A stretch of 64,000 nt of DNA from Obrimoposthia wandeli (taxonomy: Eukaryota): assembly GCA_977020255.1 (NCBI GenBank), contig CDROCS010000506.1, positions 3,348,001 to 3,412,000 on the forward strand, written 5' to 3'. The position numbers and the translations under genes were made by a program. Shown here one piece after another: positions 1 to 13,914 of this stretch (position 1 is its first letter; every line of letters begins with the position of its first letter). The notes below the pieces were generated by a model. It made no database searches. It had not been told where the DNA came from and was given only the letters and a program-made list of their open reading frames with translations.

Positions 1-1402
1 ACATAATGCACCAGAATAAACGTAGCGAACGTTCTGGGTCTTGACCTTGTTCTAGTCCTTTGGTGCTTACTGCTGCAACAGTGTAAGCCGTCGCGTCAAG
101 GTGAGAGGCAAGGAACAACATCATCAATACAAAGTAAAATATAGATAATAGACCGCCAAATGGCAGGTTATTAATTAACTCAGCGATAGCATAATCCCCA
201 CTGACGGTGTTGAGCACTTCAGGTACGTTGATCACGCCAGAATTAAACATATCAATCGCATAACCACTTAGGCTACCGAAGAAGAACCAACAGCCACCAC
301 AGCCACCTGCGATCAGTCCAAGAATAACTTCACGGATAGTTCGGCCTTTAGAAATACGAGTAATAAATATCGCAACACCTGGCGTGTAAGTGATCCAATA
401 TAACCAGTAGAAAACAGTCCAATCTTTGTTAAAGGTCGCGTCATTCGTCGCATCAGTGAACAGACTCATTTCAATAAAATTACCGAAGGTTAAACCAACA
501 GTATTCACAAAAAAATCAATGATGAAGCTGGTATCACCTAAGATTAATACCACAACACCGAACACAAATGTCATACCACAAGCTGCATGTGCAATTTTCT
601 GTAGACCGTCACTAATACCGATATATGAACTGAGTGTAAATGTCAGCGTGACAAGTGCTAACAAGATCGCTTTCAGCATAAAGGTATTTTCAATACCAAA
701 TAACGATGCTAAGCCTGTTGATATTGTACCAATAGTGATTGTAGTGGTAAGAATTAAACCACCGAAAGTTGAAAACAAGAAGATTAAGTCAAGTGAACGA
801 CCAATGATCCGACTTGATTTACTGCCATTTTTTAAGCCTGTAATTGATGATACTAACGACGATAAATTAAGGCCTTTAGTTTTGTTAACATAAAAATGGT
901 AAGCCATGGTAATAGACGCTAACGCATAGATAGCCCAAGGCGTAAGACCCCAATGGAAGAACACATAAGATAAACTCTTACGTAATGCTTCATTGCTTTC
1001 AGGAGTAATATTAAGACCCGGCGTATTGTAGTAATAAGCCCATTCCATGAATGCCCAATACATGGTAGCTGACCCTAAACCGGCACAGATAAACATGAAG
1101 ATCCAGTTCATATTGGAATATTCTGGTTCACCTTCGCCTAGCTTGATCGTGCCGTACTTGCTCATTGCAATAAAAAGCACTACACATACACAGGTAAAAC
1201 CAAGTAACTGTACTAGCGATCCAATACTATCGGTTAGCCCACTAAACATACCTTTTGCAGCTTCTTGTGATGCGTCTGGAAATAGCATCAATAATAGAAT
1301 GGTTGCACACACAACGATCAAACTGACACTGATTAGGAATATATCATTCTGTGCAGAGGGGGATTGTGTGTGCTCATCATGTTGAGCTATATCTATTGTC
1401 AT
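1..1402 (-). CDS. BCCT family (betaine/carnitine/choline) transporter, 3' end beyond window start
   Basis: Not in ORF track (truncated). Manual translation from ATG at 1402 (AAGGT upstream): MTIDIAQHDEHTQSPSAQNDIFLISVSL..., continuous hydrophobic frame with HWGLTPWAIY, YWLYWITYTPGVAIFITRISKGRTIRE and RLFWCIM, BCCT-like motifs. Confidence 0.9.
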   Translation of the reverse strand, partial: MTIDIAQHDEHTQSPSAQNDIFLISVSLIVVCATILLLMLFPDASQEAAKGMFSGLTDSIGSLVQLLGFTCVCVVLFIAMSKYGTIKLGEGEPEYSNMNWIFMFICAGLGSATMYWAFMEWAYYYNTPGLNITPESNEALRKSLSYVFFHWGLTPWAIYALASITMAYHFYVNKTKGLNLSSLVSSITGLKNGSKSSRIIGRSLDLIFLFSTFGGLILTTTITIGTISTGLASLFGIENTFMLKAILLALVTLTFTLSSYIGISDGLQKIAHAACGMTFVFGVVVLILGDTSFIIDFFVNTVGLTFGNFIEMSLFTDATNDATFNKDWTVFYWLYWITYTPGVAIFITRISKGRTIREVILGLIAGGCGGCWFFFGSLSGYAIDMFNSGVINVPEVLNTVSGDYAIAELINNLPFGGLLSIFYFVLMMLFLASHLDATAYTVAAVSTKGLEQGQDPERSLRLFWCIM

Positions 1403-1547
1403 TATATATACCTTAATAATAAATAGTGATAAGTCACCTGCCATGGGATGACTATTAACGAAGAATCCTCGTAATCTGACGTGGATTTTCCCCTACCAAT
1501 TGAGTACTATCAAACAACTAAATATTATAGGGTTATAAGTAAGTGTT

Positions 1548-2468
1548 ATGCATAGTGTTAAAAGTGAACAACCCTTGTTGCGCGTACCCCATTTCTCTTG
1601 GTTTCAAGCATTTATTGTTGTGGCCAAAAAGCAGAGTTTTACCTTAGCAAGTTGTGAACTACATCTTTCTCAGCCAGCGATAAGTCAGCAAGTCGCGAAG
1701 CTAGAAACCTTACTTAATAGCAAATTATTCTTTCGAGATACGAAACAAGTGACATTGACGGAGGCGGGTGAAAAGTTATTAGCGCAAATAGAAGGACCGT
1801 TTAATAGCTTACTCAACGCAGTCGATATTTTTAAGCAAGAATCCTGCAGCTATCGGTTGAATATTGAGACCGAACCCGTGTTAAGCCGGGTATTAATTAG
1901 CCCTCAATTACCTCAGTTTTTGAGTTGTAATCCGGATATATTATTACGCCAAGCATTAACCACGCATCATTTTGATTTTATGCCAGAAACAGAATTAGCG
2001 ATTAAATGGGGTGATGGTAAATGGGATGGCTTTGATGCTCAATTTCTTTGTAGTCTTGATTATGTTCCGGTATGCTCACCTGAATACAGGGATAAGCTAG
2101 CGTTATCTAGTTTAGATAATCTGCACAGAGCAACATTGCTGCATGAACGTGATTATACAGATTGGATTTATTGGCTTAAATACTATCCGGAAGCAAACCT
2201 CAACATCCAAAAAGGACATGTCGCGGGTGAGTCGGATGTACTTATGTCTATGACCATGGCTGGGCTTGGTGTTTCGTTATGCGGTTATGAATTGATCAAG
2301 GAGCACTTAGATTCAAAAAGATTAGTTTTACCGTTTCCTGAATTAACAGTTCGCCACCATAAAGCGTATTATATTTTGACTCATAGCCATGCTGAACTGT
2401 CTCTTGCAGCTAAGAACTTTATTGCATTTTTACATGATATTGTGTTGATGAAAATACAGAATAATTAA
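1548..2468 (+). CDS. LysR family regulator (GcvA-like), divergent from BCCT
   Basis: HTH 'FIVVAKKQSFTLASCELHLSQPAISQQVAKLE', LysR substrate domain, 306 aa. Confidence 0.92.
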   Translation: MHSVKSEQPLLRVPHFSWFQAFIVVAKKQSFTLASCELHLSQPAISQQVAKLETLLNSKLFFRDTKQVTLTEAGEKLLAQIEGPFNSLLNAVDIFKQESCSYRLNIETEPVLSRVLISPQLPQFLSCNPDILLRQALTTHHFDFMPETELAIKWGDGKWDGFDAQFLCSLDYVPVCSPEYRDKLALSSLDNLHRATLLHERDYTDWIYWLKYYPEANLNIQKGHVAGESDVLMSMTMAGLGVSLCGYELIKEHLDSKRLVLPFPELTVRHHKAYYILTHSHAELSLAAKNFIAFLHDIVLMKIQNN

Positions 2469-2728
2469 AGTACCTTAATTGATATTTTACGAATACAACA
2501 AGACTCTGTATTAACGTTAAATAAGGTATCACCGCACGAGTGTAGAGTACGAACGTCGGCTTGTATTATCAGAGTTACTACAACAGGTACTGGGAACGAA
2601 GATATAGATAATAAAGTTTTATAGTTATTTGATGGTATGTATAACACTGTCTTTAATAGTGACTCGAATGTTTGACATTTGAACTCGAACATTGGGTTTC
2701 GTGTTTAACTTATAGCTTTATAAACATG

Positions 2729-2755
2729 AAACCTGAGTAGCGGCTACTCAGGTTT
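2729..2755. terminator. Likely bidirectional intrinsic terminator
   Basis: AAACCTGAGTAG-CGG-CTACTCAGGTTT perfect 12-bp stem between convergent genes. Confidence 0.8.
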
Positions 2756-2775
2756 TCTATTTAAATAAATGTATA

Positions 2776-2797
2776 ACGAATCAAATACGAATCAAAT
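2776..2797. repeat. 11-bp tandem duplication
   Basis: ACGAATCAAAT x2 just after the 3D-domain gene stop. Confidence 0.7.
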
Positions 2798-2814
2798 CAG
2801 TAGGGCGCTAGTCG

Positions 2815-3204
2815 CTACTTTTCTTCTTCTACAGTCCAATAGATAACAACTTCCTGCTTACCCCATTGTCTTGCTTTTTTAACATCGTTACCCATGTAGA
2901 TATCGATTTTCTTTTCCCAGCGCTTATTCATCTTATCCAGTACTAAGTAAGTGCCTTCAAAGCCTTCGATTCTCACTTCTTGATTGTGAGTAAGCCCCAT
3001 CTTGATTAGGTCTCTCGACACCGCAATAGACTTCATACCTGGTTCAAGGATATCACCCCAAGCTGCAAGGTTTGGCGTTGAATCTGTTTCGCCAACACTT
3101 GAGGTATATGCACTAGCCGTTACTTTTAGAGATTGCTCTTCGCCGCCGCAACCGAATAGTGAAGTGATAGCCAGTGCCGCGATAAGGTGGAATCGAATTT
3201 TCAT
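2815..3204 (-). CDS. 3D (Asp-Asp-Asp) domain lipoprotein
   Basis: Lipobox LFGC; 'VTASAYTS', 'IAVSRDL', 'VLDKM..KKIDIYM' typical of 3D domain. Confidence 0.85.
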   Translation of the reverse strand: MKIRFHLIAALAITSLFGCGGEEQSLKVTASAYTSSVGETDSTPNLAAWGDILEPGMKSIAVSRDLIKMGLTHNQEVRIEGFEGTYLVLDKMNKRWEKKIDIYMGNDVKKARQWGKQEVVIYWTVEEEK

Positions 3205-3362
3205 AATATTTTAGTCCTTTAATTTATTAGTTTTTATTATTATTTATTGATGGTTATTACTACGTTGTCATCAATATGCTGCTGATAAACAACATAATAT
3301 AGCGAGTGTACAGCACGGCTTTGTTTTTTCCACTCACTATATTATAACTGATTATTTATCAT

Positions 3363-4556
3363 TCATTGTGCGTAATTCACAGGGACAAAACGACTCAGTA
3401 TCAAAGATAAACAAGCAATCGCAGCACCTGCGTAAAACACTAACGAGGGATCATGTAACCAGATCAAACCGAAGATAACCGGAATAACCACGGCAGCAAT
3501 ATGATTAATCGAGAAACTCACGCCCATGCTACCGGCAATATCTTTCGGGTCAGCAATCTTTTGGAAATAGGTTTTCAGCGCAATCGCCATGGCAAAGAAC
3601 AGATGGTCAACAACATACAGCACGGCAGCAACTTCCGCTGTTTCTACCAAGGCATAACCCACAAATACAAAGATAAGACCTGTGTATTCAATTGTTAAAG
3701 CACGGCGCTCACCAACACGGCCAATCCAAGCGCCAATTTTAGGGCCTAAATACAGGTTGATGACATGGTTAAGCATGAACAAGGTAGTGATTTCAGCCAC
3801 CCCGTAACCAAACTTTTCAACCATTAAGAACCCGGCGAATACGACGAAGATTTGACGACGCGCACCAGACAGAAATGTCAGTAAATAATACAAGCTGTAG
3901 CGCTTACGTAAGATCAGCTTTTTGTGTTGTACTTCAACATGGCTGACTTCTGGTTTATGGGTCGCTAACCATGCTGTGATGGCTAAGCCGAGCAAACCAC
4001 AGATCATGTATACCGTAATGTAATCGGCTTCAAACACTGTAAATGCGAGCCAAATACCGGCAAAGGTAAAGAGGGCGGCAAAAGATTTAATCGCGAGTAG
4101 GCGGCCTAACTGGGCCGGAGCCTCGGCTTTACTAAACCATTGCAGACTTAACGATTGGTTGATGGTTTCGTAATAATGGAAACCCACAGACATCAATACA
4201 GTTGTGGCATACAAGCCATATACCGATGGGAAGAAGCCGGTTATCGCCACACCAATGCAGAGTAACGACAAGGCGATAATCGCAAATACCTGCTCGGTTA
4301 ATATCAGTAATACAAACGCGGCAGTGAAAGCCAGTAACCCTGGTATTTCTCTAATCGATTGTAGTGTGCCTATTTCAGCGCCAGTAAACGCGGCATTCTC
4401 GATAGCAAAGTTGTTTAACAGTGCATTCCAAGCCGAGAACGTCATGGTCATGACTATGCCTGCAAGGGCGAGAAACACAAATGGACTTTCTTTAGAAGGT
4501 AGTTTCGATCGTAGTTTAGATTGTGCTTTAGAGAATACTTTGGATTGCGATTTCAT
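3363..4556 (-). CDS. MFS transporter
   Basis: About 12 hydrophobic segments, 'IGAWIGRVGERRAL' MFS-like loop; N-terminus has SKxx periodic repeats. Confidence 0.9.
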   Translation of the reverse strand: MKSQSKVFSKAQSKLRSKLPSKESPFVFLALAGIVMTMTFSAWNALLNNFAIENAAFTGAEIGTLQSIREIPGLLAFTAAFVLLILTEQVFAIIALSLLCIGVAITGFFPSVYGLYATTVLMSVGFHYYETINQSLSLQWFSKAEAPAQLGRLLAIKSFAALFTFAGIWLAFTVFEADYITVYMICGLLGLAITAWLATHKPEVSHVEVQHKKLILRKRYSLYYLLTFLSGARRQIFVVFAGFLMVEKFGYGVAEITTLFMLNHVINLYLGPKIGAWIGRVGERRALTIEYTGLIFVFVGYALVETAEVAAVLYVVDHLFFAMAIALKTYFQKIADPKDIAGSMGVSFSINHIAAVVIPVIFGLIWLHDPSLVFYAGAAIACLSLILSRFVPVNYAQ

Positions 4557-4613
4557 TACATCGACTGCTAATTGACTGAGGGACGGTTAGATTAGCATTG
4601 TTAGTGGGTAAAT

Positions 4614-4646
4614 AAAAAGGCCATCACCTTGTAGTGATGACCTTTA
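4614..4646 (-). terminator. Intrinsic terminator of ygjJ-ygjK
   Basis: Minus strand AAAAGGTCATCAC-TACAAG-GTGATGGCCTTTTT. Confidence 0.75.
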
Positions 4647-4733
4647 TTATTAAAATAGCCTAGGGTAAATAACTGTTAATTAAACGCTATTTTAGCTGGT
4701 TAGTTAGGTAACTGTGCTTTGTCTACTTTACGT

Positions 4734-4776
4734 TATTTACCTATTTACCTATTTACCTATTTACCTATTTATCTAT
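4734..4776. repeat. 8-bp tandem repeat (VNTR-like)
   Basis: TATTTACC x4 plus TATTTATC, downstream of ygjK stop. Confidence 0.9.
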
Positions 4777-4808
4777 GTTAGCTATTAACTACTTTCTTAC
4801 TTAGCGGT

Positions 4809-7214
<2,406 letters not shown>

Positions 7215-7217
7215 TTA

Positions 7218-8327
<1,110 letters not shown>

Positions 8328-8401
8328 TTATTGGCAAGGGGGAATAAACACAGGGCTGCTAAGTTGATTACCTTGTGAATTCAAATGCAGTCTACAGTCA
8401 A

Positions 8402-8460
8402 ATTTAAGTTTTACTAATAAAGTTTTACTAAAGTGTGATCTGTTTTAGTAAAGTTACACT
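8402..8460. promoter_or_regulatory. Three candidate operator sites (AGTAAA-N2-TTTACT-like) upstream of ygjJ
   Basis: ATTTAAGTTTTACT (8402), AATAAAGTTTTACT (8416), AGTAAAGTTACACT (8447), with a TGTGA half-site at 8434. Confidence 0.45.
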
Positions 8461-8835
8461 AGGTTACAATTGGATTAAATAAGGGCTAAATGAAGGGGGT
8501 TTTAGAGTCGGGCGAAAGTTATATGGTTCGGTCGATAAGGTACTAGAATGATAAAGAGGTGGATTTATTTACAGGTGAAGCGATCTGGTAAGCGACATAG
8601 TAATGGCTAAGATCTTGGTCTTTAAAGGAATATAATAGGGTTGGGCAGTAAAGTTGGGGGGTTATTAAGATAAAACACCAAACCGAGCAAGCGTACTTGT
8701 GTATTAGGTGCTTATCTTAATATTGATATCTGCTTTTTATTTTTATTCTATTTTTATAAATAACTTTTATTATTAATAATAAATTATTTTTAGGCGCAGA
8801 TTATCATGTAGGTATGGGGTTCGATTTCTCTGCTT

Positions 8836-9138
8836 TTATTTAATGCTAACCGCTTTCGTGATCGCTTTAATTTTCTTGCTGATTTCACGGCGTTCTTTAG
8901 ATAATTCAGCACCTGTGATGATGTGGTCATCAACACGATCTTCGTAATCTGATTTCATGTTACCGATGATTTCAACAATTTCTGCTTGAGTCATTTCTGG
9001 CGAAAGATAATCAAGTAGGTTATCAAGTAGATCTACACGTTTTTGGTTATCACGGATCTTCTTCGCGTTATCTAGGATTTCACGTTTTAGCTTGTTTTTA
9101 CGACGAGCACTTTTTACTGCATCAAAAGCATTATTCAT
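8836..9138 (-). CDS. yeeX: DUF496 / UPF0265 protein YeeX
   Basis: '[29 protein letters not shown]' and 'DYEDRVDD...AELSKERR' match YeeX; start taken at MNNAF. Confidence 0.88.
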   Translation of the reverse strand: MNNAFDAVKSARRKNKLKREILDNAKKIRDNQKRVDLLDNLLDYLSPEMTQAEIVEIIGNMKSDYEDRVDDHIITGAELSKERREISKKIKAITKAVSIK

Positions 9139-9362
9139 TAGTACACCCATATAGTCTGAAAGTTGAGAGACGTTATTAAAAGAAATCCTCTTTAATTTAG
9201 CAGGATAATGTCCTAAAAGCTCTGTGTTTTTGAGCTAATGAGGGTTGAGTTTAAAATTTTTGCACTAAATCAACAATGGTTATTTTATAAACCACGCGGT
9301 AAAAATAGCGCGTGTGGTATCATTAACAGACTTAGATTCAAATATTAATTGAAGGAATTACC

Positions 9363-9941
9363 ATGCAATATCAAGCTCTAACTCAGCAGTGGCCAGCGTT
9401 CTCTGACGCGATTTTAGCGTTTTCACAGCAGCTTGGTTTAGGTGAGGCAAGCAACTTAAAGTCGGACGCGTTATGGTGCGATCATGTGGCTTTACGCGTT
9501 AACGATATTGCCATTGCAACGTCTTTATTAGCGGAATTTAAACAACGTGGTGAAGTCATTTCTGACAGTATTATCAATGGCCGTCCGATATACATCATCG
9601 TATTAGATGAGCCTGTACAACTTGGTGATTGGAGCATTGATTGTGTGGAACTGCCGTTTCCAGGGAAACATTATCCACAACAAGGCTGGGAGCATATCGA
9701 GTTAGTACTGCCAGGAAATGCGACGACGATGGCTGAATTAGAGCAAGCTTTACGTATTGTTAGTCCTAATATTGATGCCGTGTTAGCCAGTGATAGCAGT
9801 ATTAAAATCAAACGTTCAGCGCCCCAAGCGGCAGGTGAAACATTAGCTAATCCGACGATCGCATTCAAACAAGGGGATATCTGTATTAAGGTACATAGTG
9901 CAGGTATTAAAGCTGTTGTTGCGAGTGAAACTGCGGCATAA
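9363..9941 (+). CDS. yecM: VOC family protein YecM
   Basis: 'DHVALRVN', 'INGRPI', 'CVELPFPG.K.YPQQGWEHIELV', 'NPTIA', 'IKVH'. Confidence 0.85.
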   Translation: MQYQALTQQWPAFSDAILAFSQQLGLGEASNLKSDALWCDHVALRVNDIAIATSLLAEFKQRGEVISDSIINGRPIYIIVLDEPVQLGDWSIDCVELPFPGKHYPQQGWEHIELVLPGNATTMAELEQALRIVSPNIDAVLASDSSIKIKRSAPQAAGETLANPTIAFKQGDICIKVHSAGIKAVVASETAA

Positions 9942-9998
9942 TAACTGCAATTGATAATCATTCGTAACAACTTAAGGGTGACGTGGTTTTATAGCATT

Positions 9999-11906
9999 AT
10001 GATAAAAACAACTTCTCAATCTCAACAGCAAAACGGTCAACAAGATCTGAAAAAATCATCATCACAATCATCAAAGCAAGTGTCTGACCAAGATGCTTCA
10101 CCGCATCATTCAGGGCCTCGAGGCAATCGGATCAGCTGGAAGTTGATCCGTGAACGGGTATTACGTCACAAGAAACCTTTGATCAGCGCGCATATTATTG
10201 CGGTATTTGCCACTTTAGTCAGTGTGCCAATTCCGTTGATGATGCCCTTGCTGGTGGATGAGGTTTTGCTCGAGAAACCCGGCGCTGCTGTGCAAGCAAT
10301 GCAAAACATGTTTCCAGAATCATGGTGGGGACCACAGTTATATATTTTAGCGATTCTTGGCTTGGTGGTGTGCCTGCGTCTATCCAGTCTTGTCTTGTCG
10401 GTTTGGCAAGCAAGGCAATTTACCATTATTGGTAAGCATTTAAGTTTCTATATTCGCGATAAATTGATGCACCATTTACCTTTGGTATCATTAACTGAAT
10501 ATGAAACGCAAGGCTCTGGTGCGATCAGCTCTCGTTGTATTACGGATGTGGAAACCATCGACAAATTCTTGGCTGAAACCTTGTCTAAGTTCCTTGTTAG
10601 TATGTTGACGATCCTCGGTACTGCGGCTATTTTATTATGGATTGATTGGCAGTTAGGATTGATTATCTTATTGCTTAATCCTGCGGTTATTTACTTTTCT
10701 CGCTCATTCGGTAAGCGAGTTAAAAACTTGAAAACCCGTGAAAATGCGGCGTTTGAAGCTTTCCAAGAAGCCTTGATTGATACCTTAGATGCAATTCAAC
10801 AGTTACGTACAGCGCAACGTGAAAAGCAATATTTTAGCCGCGTCATCGATGCTGCTGGTGAGTTACGTGATAGTGCCATTCAGTCACAATGGAAAACCGA
10901 TGCGGTTAACCGTTTAAGCTTTACTATTTTCCTTATTGGTTTCGAAGTGTTCCGCGCGATTGCGATGTTAATGGTGGTGTTTGCTGATTTAACTATCGGT
11001 CAGATCTTCGCAGTATTTGGTTATCTGTGGTTTATGATGGGTCCGGTGCAGGAGCTATTAAGTATTCAATATACTTACTTTGCGGCGTCAGCAGCATTGA
11101 AGCGTTTAAACAGTGTGTTTGAATTAACGCAAGAGCCACAACATCCCTGTGTCGTGGATCCGTTTGCGGATCAAAACGGCGTGAGTGTTGAATTTAAAGA
11201 CGTGTGCTTTGGCTATAACACTGAAAACAAAGTCATCCGTAATGTAAACTTAACCATTCCGAAAGGGAAGAAAGTGGCGATTGTGGCAGTCAGTGGTGGT
11301 GGTAAATCAACACTGGTACAGTTGTTATTAGGGCTATACGAGAAACAGCAAGGCGAGATCTTAATTAATGATGTGCCGCTGAATCAAGTTGGTTATGATA
11401 AAGTACGTGAGAACATTGCCACGGTATTACAGCAACCTATCTTGTTTAATACTTCTATTCGTGAGAATTTATCTATGGGTCATCAATTTAGCGATGATGA
11501 ACTGTGGAAAGCGCTGCAAGTTGCCGAAATGTCAGACACAATTCAGCAACTGGGGCATGGATTAGAGACCTTAGTCGGACGTAATGGTGTACGCCTTTCT
11601 GGTGGTCAACGTCAGCGTTTAGCCATTGCCAGAATGGTATTAAGTAAGCCACAAATGGTGGTGTTTGATGAAGCTACATCGGCACTCGATACCGAAACTG
11701 AGAGTCGTTTACATCATAATCTGAGTGAATTCTTACAAGACAGAACGACATTAATTATTGCCCATAGACTCAGCGCTATTAAACAGGCTGATTTGATCTA
11801 TGTGCTCGACGATGGCGAAATTAGCCAGTCAGGACAACATCATGAACTATTGCAGGTTGAAGGGCTTTATCAAACGTTGTACGGCCGCTTACAATCAACT
11901 CATTAA
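9999..11906 (+). CDS. ABC exporter, fused TMD-NBD
   Basis: TM domain, Walker A variant VSGGGKST, LSGGQRQR signature, FDEATSALD, IAHRLS. Start uncertain (ORF open from 9951). Confidence 0.92.
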   Translation: MIKTTSQSQQQNGQQDLKKSSSQSSKQVSDQDASPHHSGPRGNRISWKLIRERVLRHKKPLISAHIIAVFATLVSVPIPLMMPLLVDEVLLEKPGAAVQAMQNMFPESWWGPQLYILAILGLVVCLRLSSLVLSVWQARQFTIIGKHLSFYIRDKLMHHLPLVSLTEYETQGSGAISSRCITDVETIDKFLAETLSKFLVSMLTILGTAAILLWIDWQLGLIILLLNPAVIYFSRSFGKRVKNLKTRENAAFEAFQEALIDTLDAIQQLRTAQREKQYFSRVIDAAGELRDSAIQSQWKTDAVNRLSFTIFLIGFEVFRAIAMLMVVFADLTIGQIFAVFGYLWFMMGPVQELLSIQYTYFAASAALKRLNSVFELTQEPQHPCVVDPFADQNGVSVEFKDVCFGYNTENKVIRNVNLTIPKGKKVAIVAVSGGGKSTLVQLLLGLYEKQQGEILINDVPLNQVGYDKVRENIATVLQQPILFNTSIRENLSMGHQFSDDELWKALQVAEMSDTIQQLGHGLETLVGRNGVRLSGGQRQRLAIARMVLSKPQMVVFDEATSALDTETESRLHHNLSEFLQDRTTLIIAHRLSAIKQADLIYVLDDGEISQSGQHHELLQVEGLYQTLYGRLQSTH

Positions 11907-11925
11907 CCGTGAGGATAACCACGTT

Positions 11926-12324
11926 ATGAACAATGAAACAACTAAAACAGATGCCGAGTGGCAAGCACAATTAACCGATGAAGAGTTTTACGTATGCCGT
12001 AAAAAAGGTACTGAACATCCGTACACGGGCACGTTACTGAACAATAACGATGTGGGCGTATACAAGTGTAAGTGCTGCGGTAGCGAGTTATTTACCAGTG
12101 ACAGCAAGTTTAATTCGGGTTGCGGTTGGCCAAGTTTTGATAAAGAAATCAAAGACGGCGCAGTGATCTATACCGAAGATAACAGCTTAGCGATGCAACG
12201 TATTGAAGTGACGTGTAGTAATTGTGACTCGCATTTAGGCCATGTATTCCCTGATGGACCGACAGAAACAGGTCAGCGTTTTTGTATAAACTCTATTTCT
12301 ATGGATTTTAGCGGTAAAGAATAA
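11926..12324 (+). CDS. msrB: Peptide-methionine (R)-S-oxide reductase
   Basis: 'GTEHPYTG', CxxC pairs, 'GCGWPSF', 'HLGHVFPDGP', 'RFCINS'; GAGG upstream of ATG 11926. Confidence 0.96.
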   Translation: MNNETTKTDAEWQAQLTDEEFYVCRKKGTEHPYTGTLLNNNDVGVYKCKCCGSELFTSDSKFNSGCGWPSFDKEIKDGAVIYTEDNSLAMQRIEVTCSNCDSHLGHVFPDGPTETGQRFCINSISMDFSGKE

Positions 12325-12327
12325 ATC

Positions 12328-12400
12328 ATATACCTAAAGTGTTGTCAGGTGTTGCCATGTCATGTGTTCAATTCGATACCGAGCAATAATTTGGGTATAT
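12328..12400 (+). other. Long imperfect RNA hairpin in msrB-selO spacer
   Basis: ATATACCTAAAGTGTTG..GGTGTTG pairs with CGATACC..CAATAATTTGGGTATAT; most non-Watson-Crick pairs are G-U on the + strand. Confidence 0.5.
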
Positions 12401-12429
12401 TTATATTAAGCTAACAGTTAAGGAACACC

Positions 12430-13914
12430 GTGAGCAAAGCGATAAACCAAGACTGCATCGATGCGCTTGTATGCGATAACCATTATGCGAGCTTACCAGC
12501 GCATTTTTATAACAGACAAATGCCTGGTGGGATCAGTGATCCGAAAATGGTCAGCCTCAATCTACAAGTCATGGCGTTATTAGGCTTAGAGGATGTAGCA
12601 GCTGACAGCGATACGTTATTGCAGTTATGCTCGGGTAATTATCTACCAAACGATTTTGAACCACTGGCAATGAAATACACAGGTCATCAGTTTGGTCATT
12701 ACAATCCTGATTTAGGTGATGGTCGAGGTCTGTTGTTAGCGCAAGTTAAAACAGCTGATAACACAACGTGGGACCTGCATTTAAAAGGCGCAGGTAAGAC
12801 CCCTTACAGCCGTCAAGGTGATGGTCGTGCGGTATTGCGTTCAAGTATTCGAGAGTATTTATGCAGTGCTGCGATGCAAGGTCTTGGTATTCCAACGACG
12901 CAAGCATTAAGCGTGGTGGTCGGTAGTGATGCCGTGATGCGTGAGCAAGTGGAACAAGCCGCGATGGTTGTGCGTGTTGCCGAGTCTCATGTACGCTTTG
13001 GTCACTTTGAACACTTTTATTATACTCAGCGTTTAGACGATTTAAAGTTGATGCTGGATTATACGTTGACGCAGCATTTCCCTGATACCTTAACTGCTGA
13101 AGTACCTTACTTAGCATTTTATAAACAAGTCGTGACGACCACTGCAGAGTTAATGGCACATTGGCAAGCGGTTGGTTTTGTACACGGTGTAATGAATACC
13201 GATAACATGTCGATTTTGGGACAAACCTTTGATTATGGCCCGTTCGCATTCCAAGATGATTTTGATCCTGGTTATGTTTGTAACCATACCGACTATTCAG
13301 GTCGTTATGCCTTTAATCAGCAGCCGCAAGTAGGTTACTGGAACTTAATGGCGTTAGGTCGCTCGTTAACACCATTTATAGATATTGCGGCGTTGAATGA
13401 AACGTTAAAAACCTATGATGATATTTTCTTGGCTAAATTACGTCAGTTAATGCGCGCTAAATTGGGCTTACAACAAGTGCAAGATGGTGATGGTGAGCTG
13501 ATTAAAAATCTATTAGAAATATTAGCCGGTAGCAGTGTGGATTACAGCCACTTCTTCCGTATGTTAGGTGATTTCAATAGTGAAACCGGCGCGGTAAATA
13601 CAGCGATACGTGACCAATTTATCGACCGTGAAGCGTTTGATGGTTGGGCTGTGCAATATCAGCAGCGTTTAGTGTTGGAATCAAGTGCTGATGAGGCGCG
13701 TAAAATACGCATGAATCAAACGAACCCTAAGTATATTTTACGCAATTACTTAGCACAGCAAGCAATTGAACAAGCCGCAAATTATGATTACAGCTTAGTT
13801 AATGAATTAATGGCTGTGTTAGCTGATCCGTTTGCCGAACATCCCCTGTTCGAAAAGTTTGCAGCATTACCACCTGAGTGGGGACGTAAAATGGTGCTGA
13901 GCTGTTCGTCTTAG
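12430..13914 (+). CDS. selO: Protein adenylyltransferase SelO (YdiU)
   Basis: 'YTGHQFG', 'LGDGRG', 'LKGAGKTPYSRQGDGRAVLRSSIREY', 'HGVMNTDNMS', 'DYGPF', C-terminal SCSS. Confidence 0.95.
   Translation: MSKAINQDCIDALVCDNHYASLPAHFYNRQMPGGISDPKMVSLNLQVMALLGLEDVAADSDTLLQLCSGNYLPNDFEPLAMKYTGHQFGHYNPDLGDGRGLLLAQVKTADNTTWDLHLKGAGKTPYSRQGDGRAVLRSSIREYLCSAAMQGLGIPTTQALSVVVGSDAVMREQVEQAAMVVRVAESHVRFGHFEHFYYTQRLDDLKLMLDYTLTQHFPDTLTAEVPYLAFYKQVVTTTAELMAHWQAVGFVHGVMNTDNMSILGQTFDYGPFAFQDDFDPGYVCNHTDYSGRYAFNQQPQVGYWNLMALGRSLTPFIDIAALNETLKTYDDIFLAKLRQLMRAKLGLQQVQDGDGELIKNLLEILAGSSVDYSHFFRMLGDFNSETGAVNTAIRDQFIDREAFDGWAVQYQQRLVLESSADEARKIRMNQTNPKYILRNYLAQQAIEQAANYDYSLVNELMAVLADPFAEHPLFEKFAALPPEWGRKMVLSCSS

Noticed and set aside
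426-1385. Plus-strand ORFs 426-893 and 1047-1385
   Set aside because: Antisense shadows of the BCCT gene on the minus strand.
2465-2692. 75-aa minus-strand ORF in the LysR/3D spacer
   Set aside because: No RBS or motif, and it lies beyond the terminator of the upstream minus-strand gene.
11926-13914. Selenocysteine recoding in msrB or selO
   Set aside because: Both frames encode Cys with no in-frame TGA.
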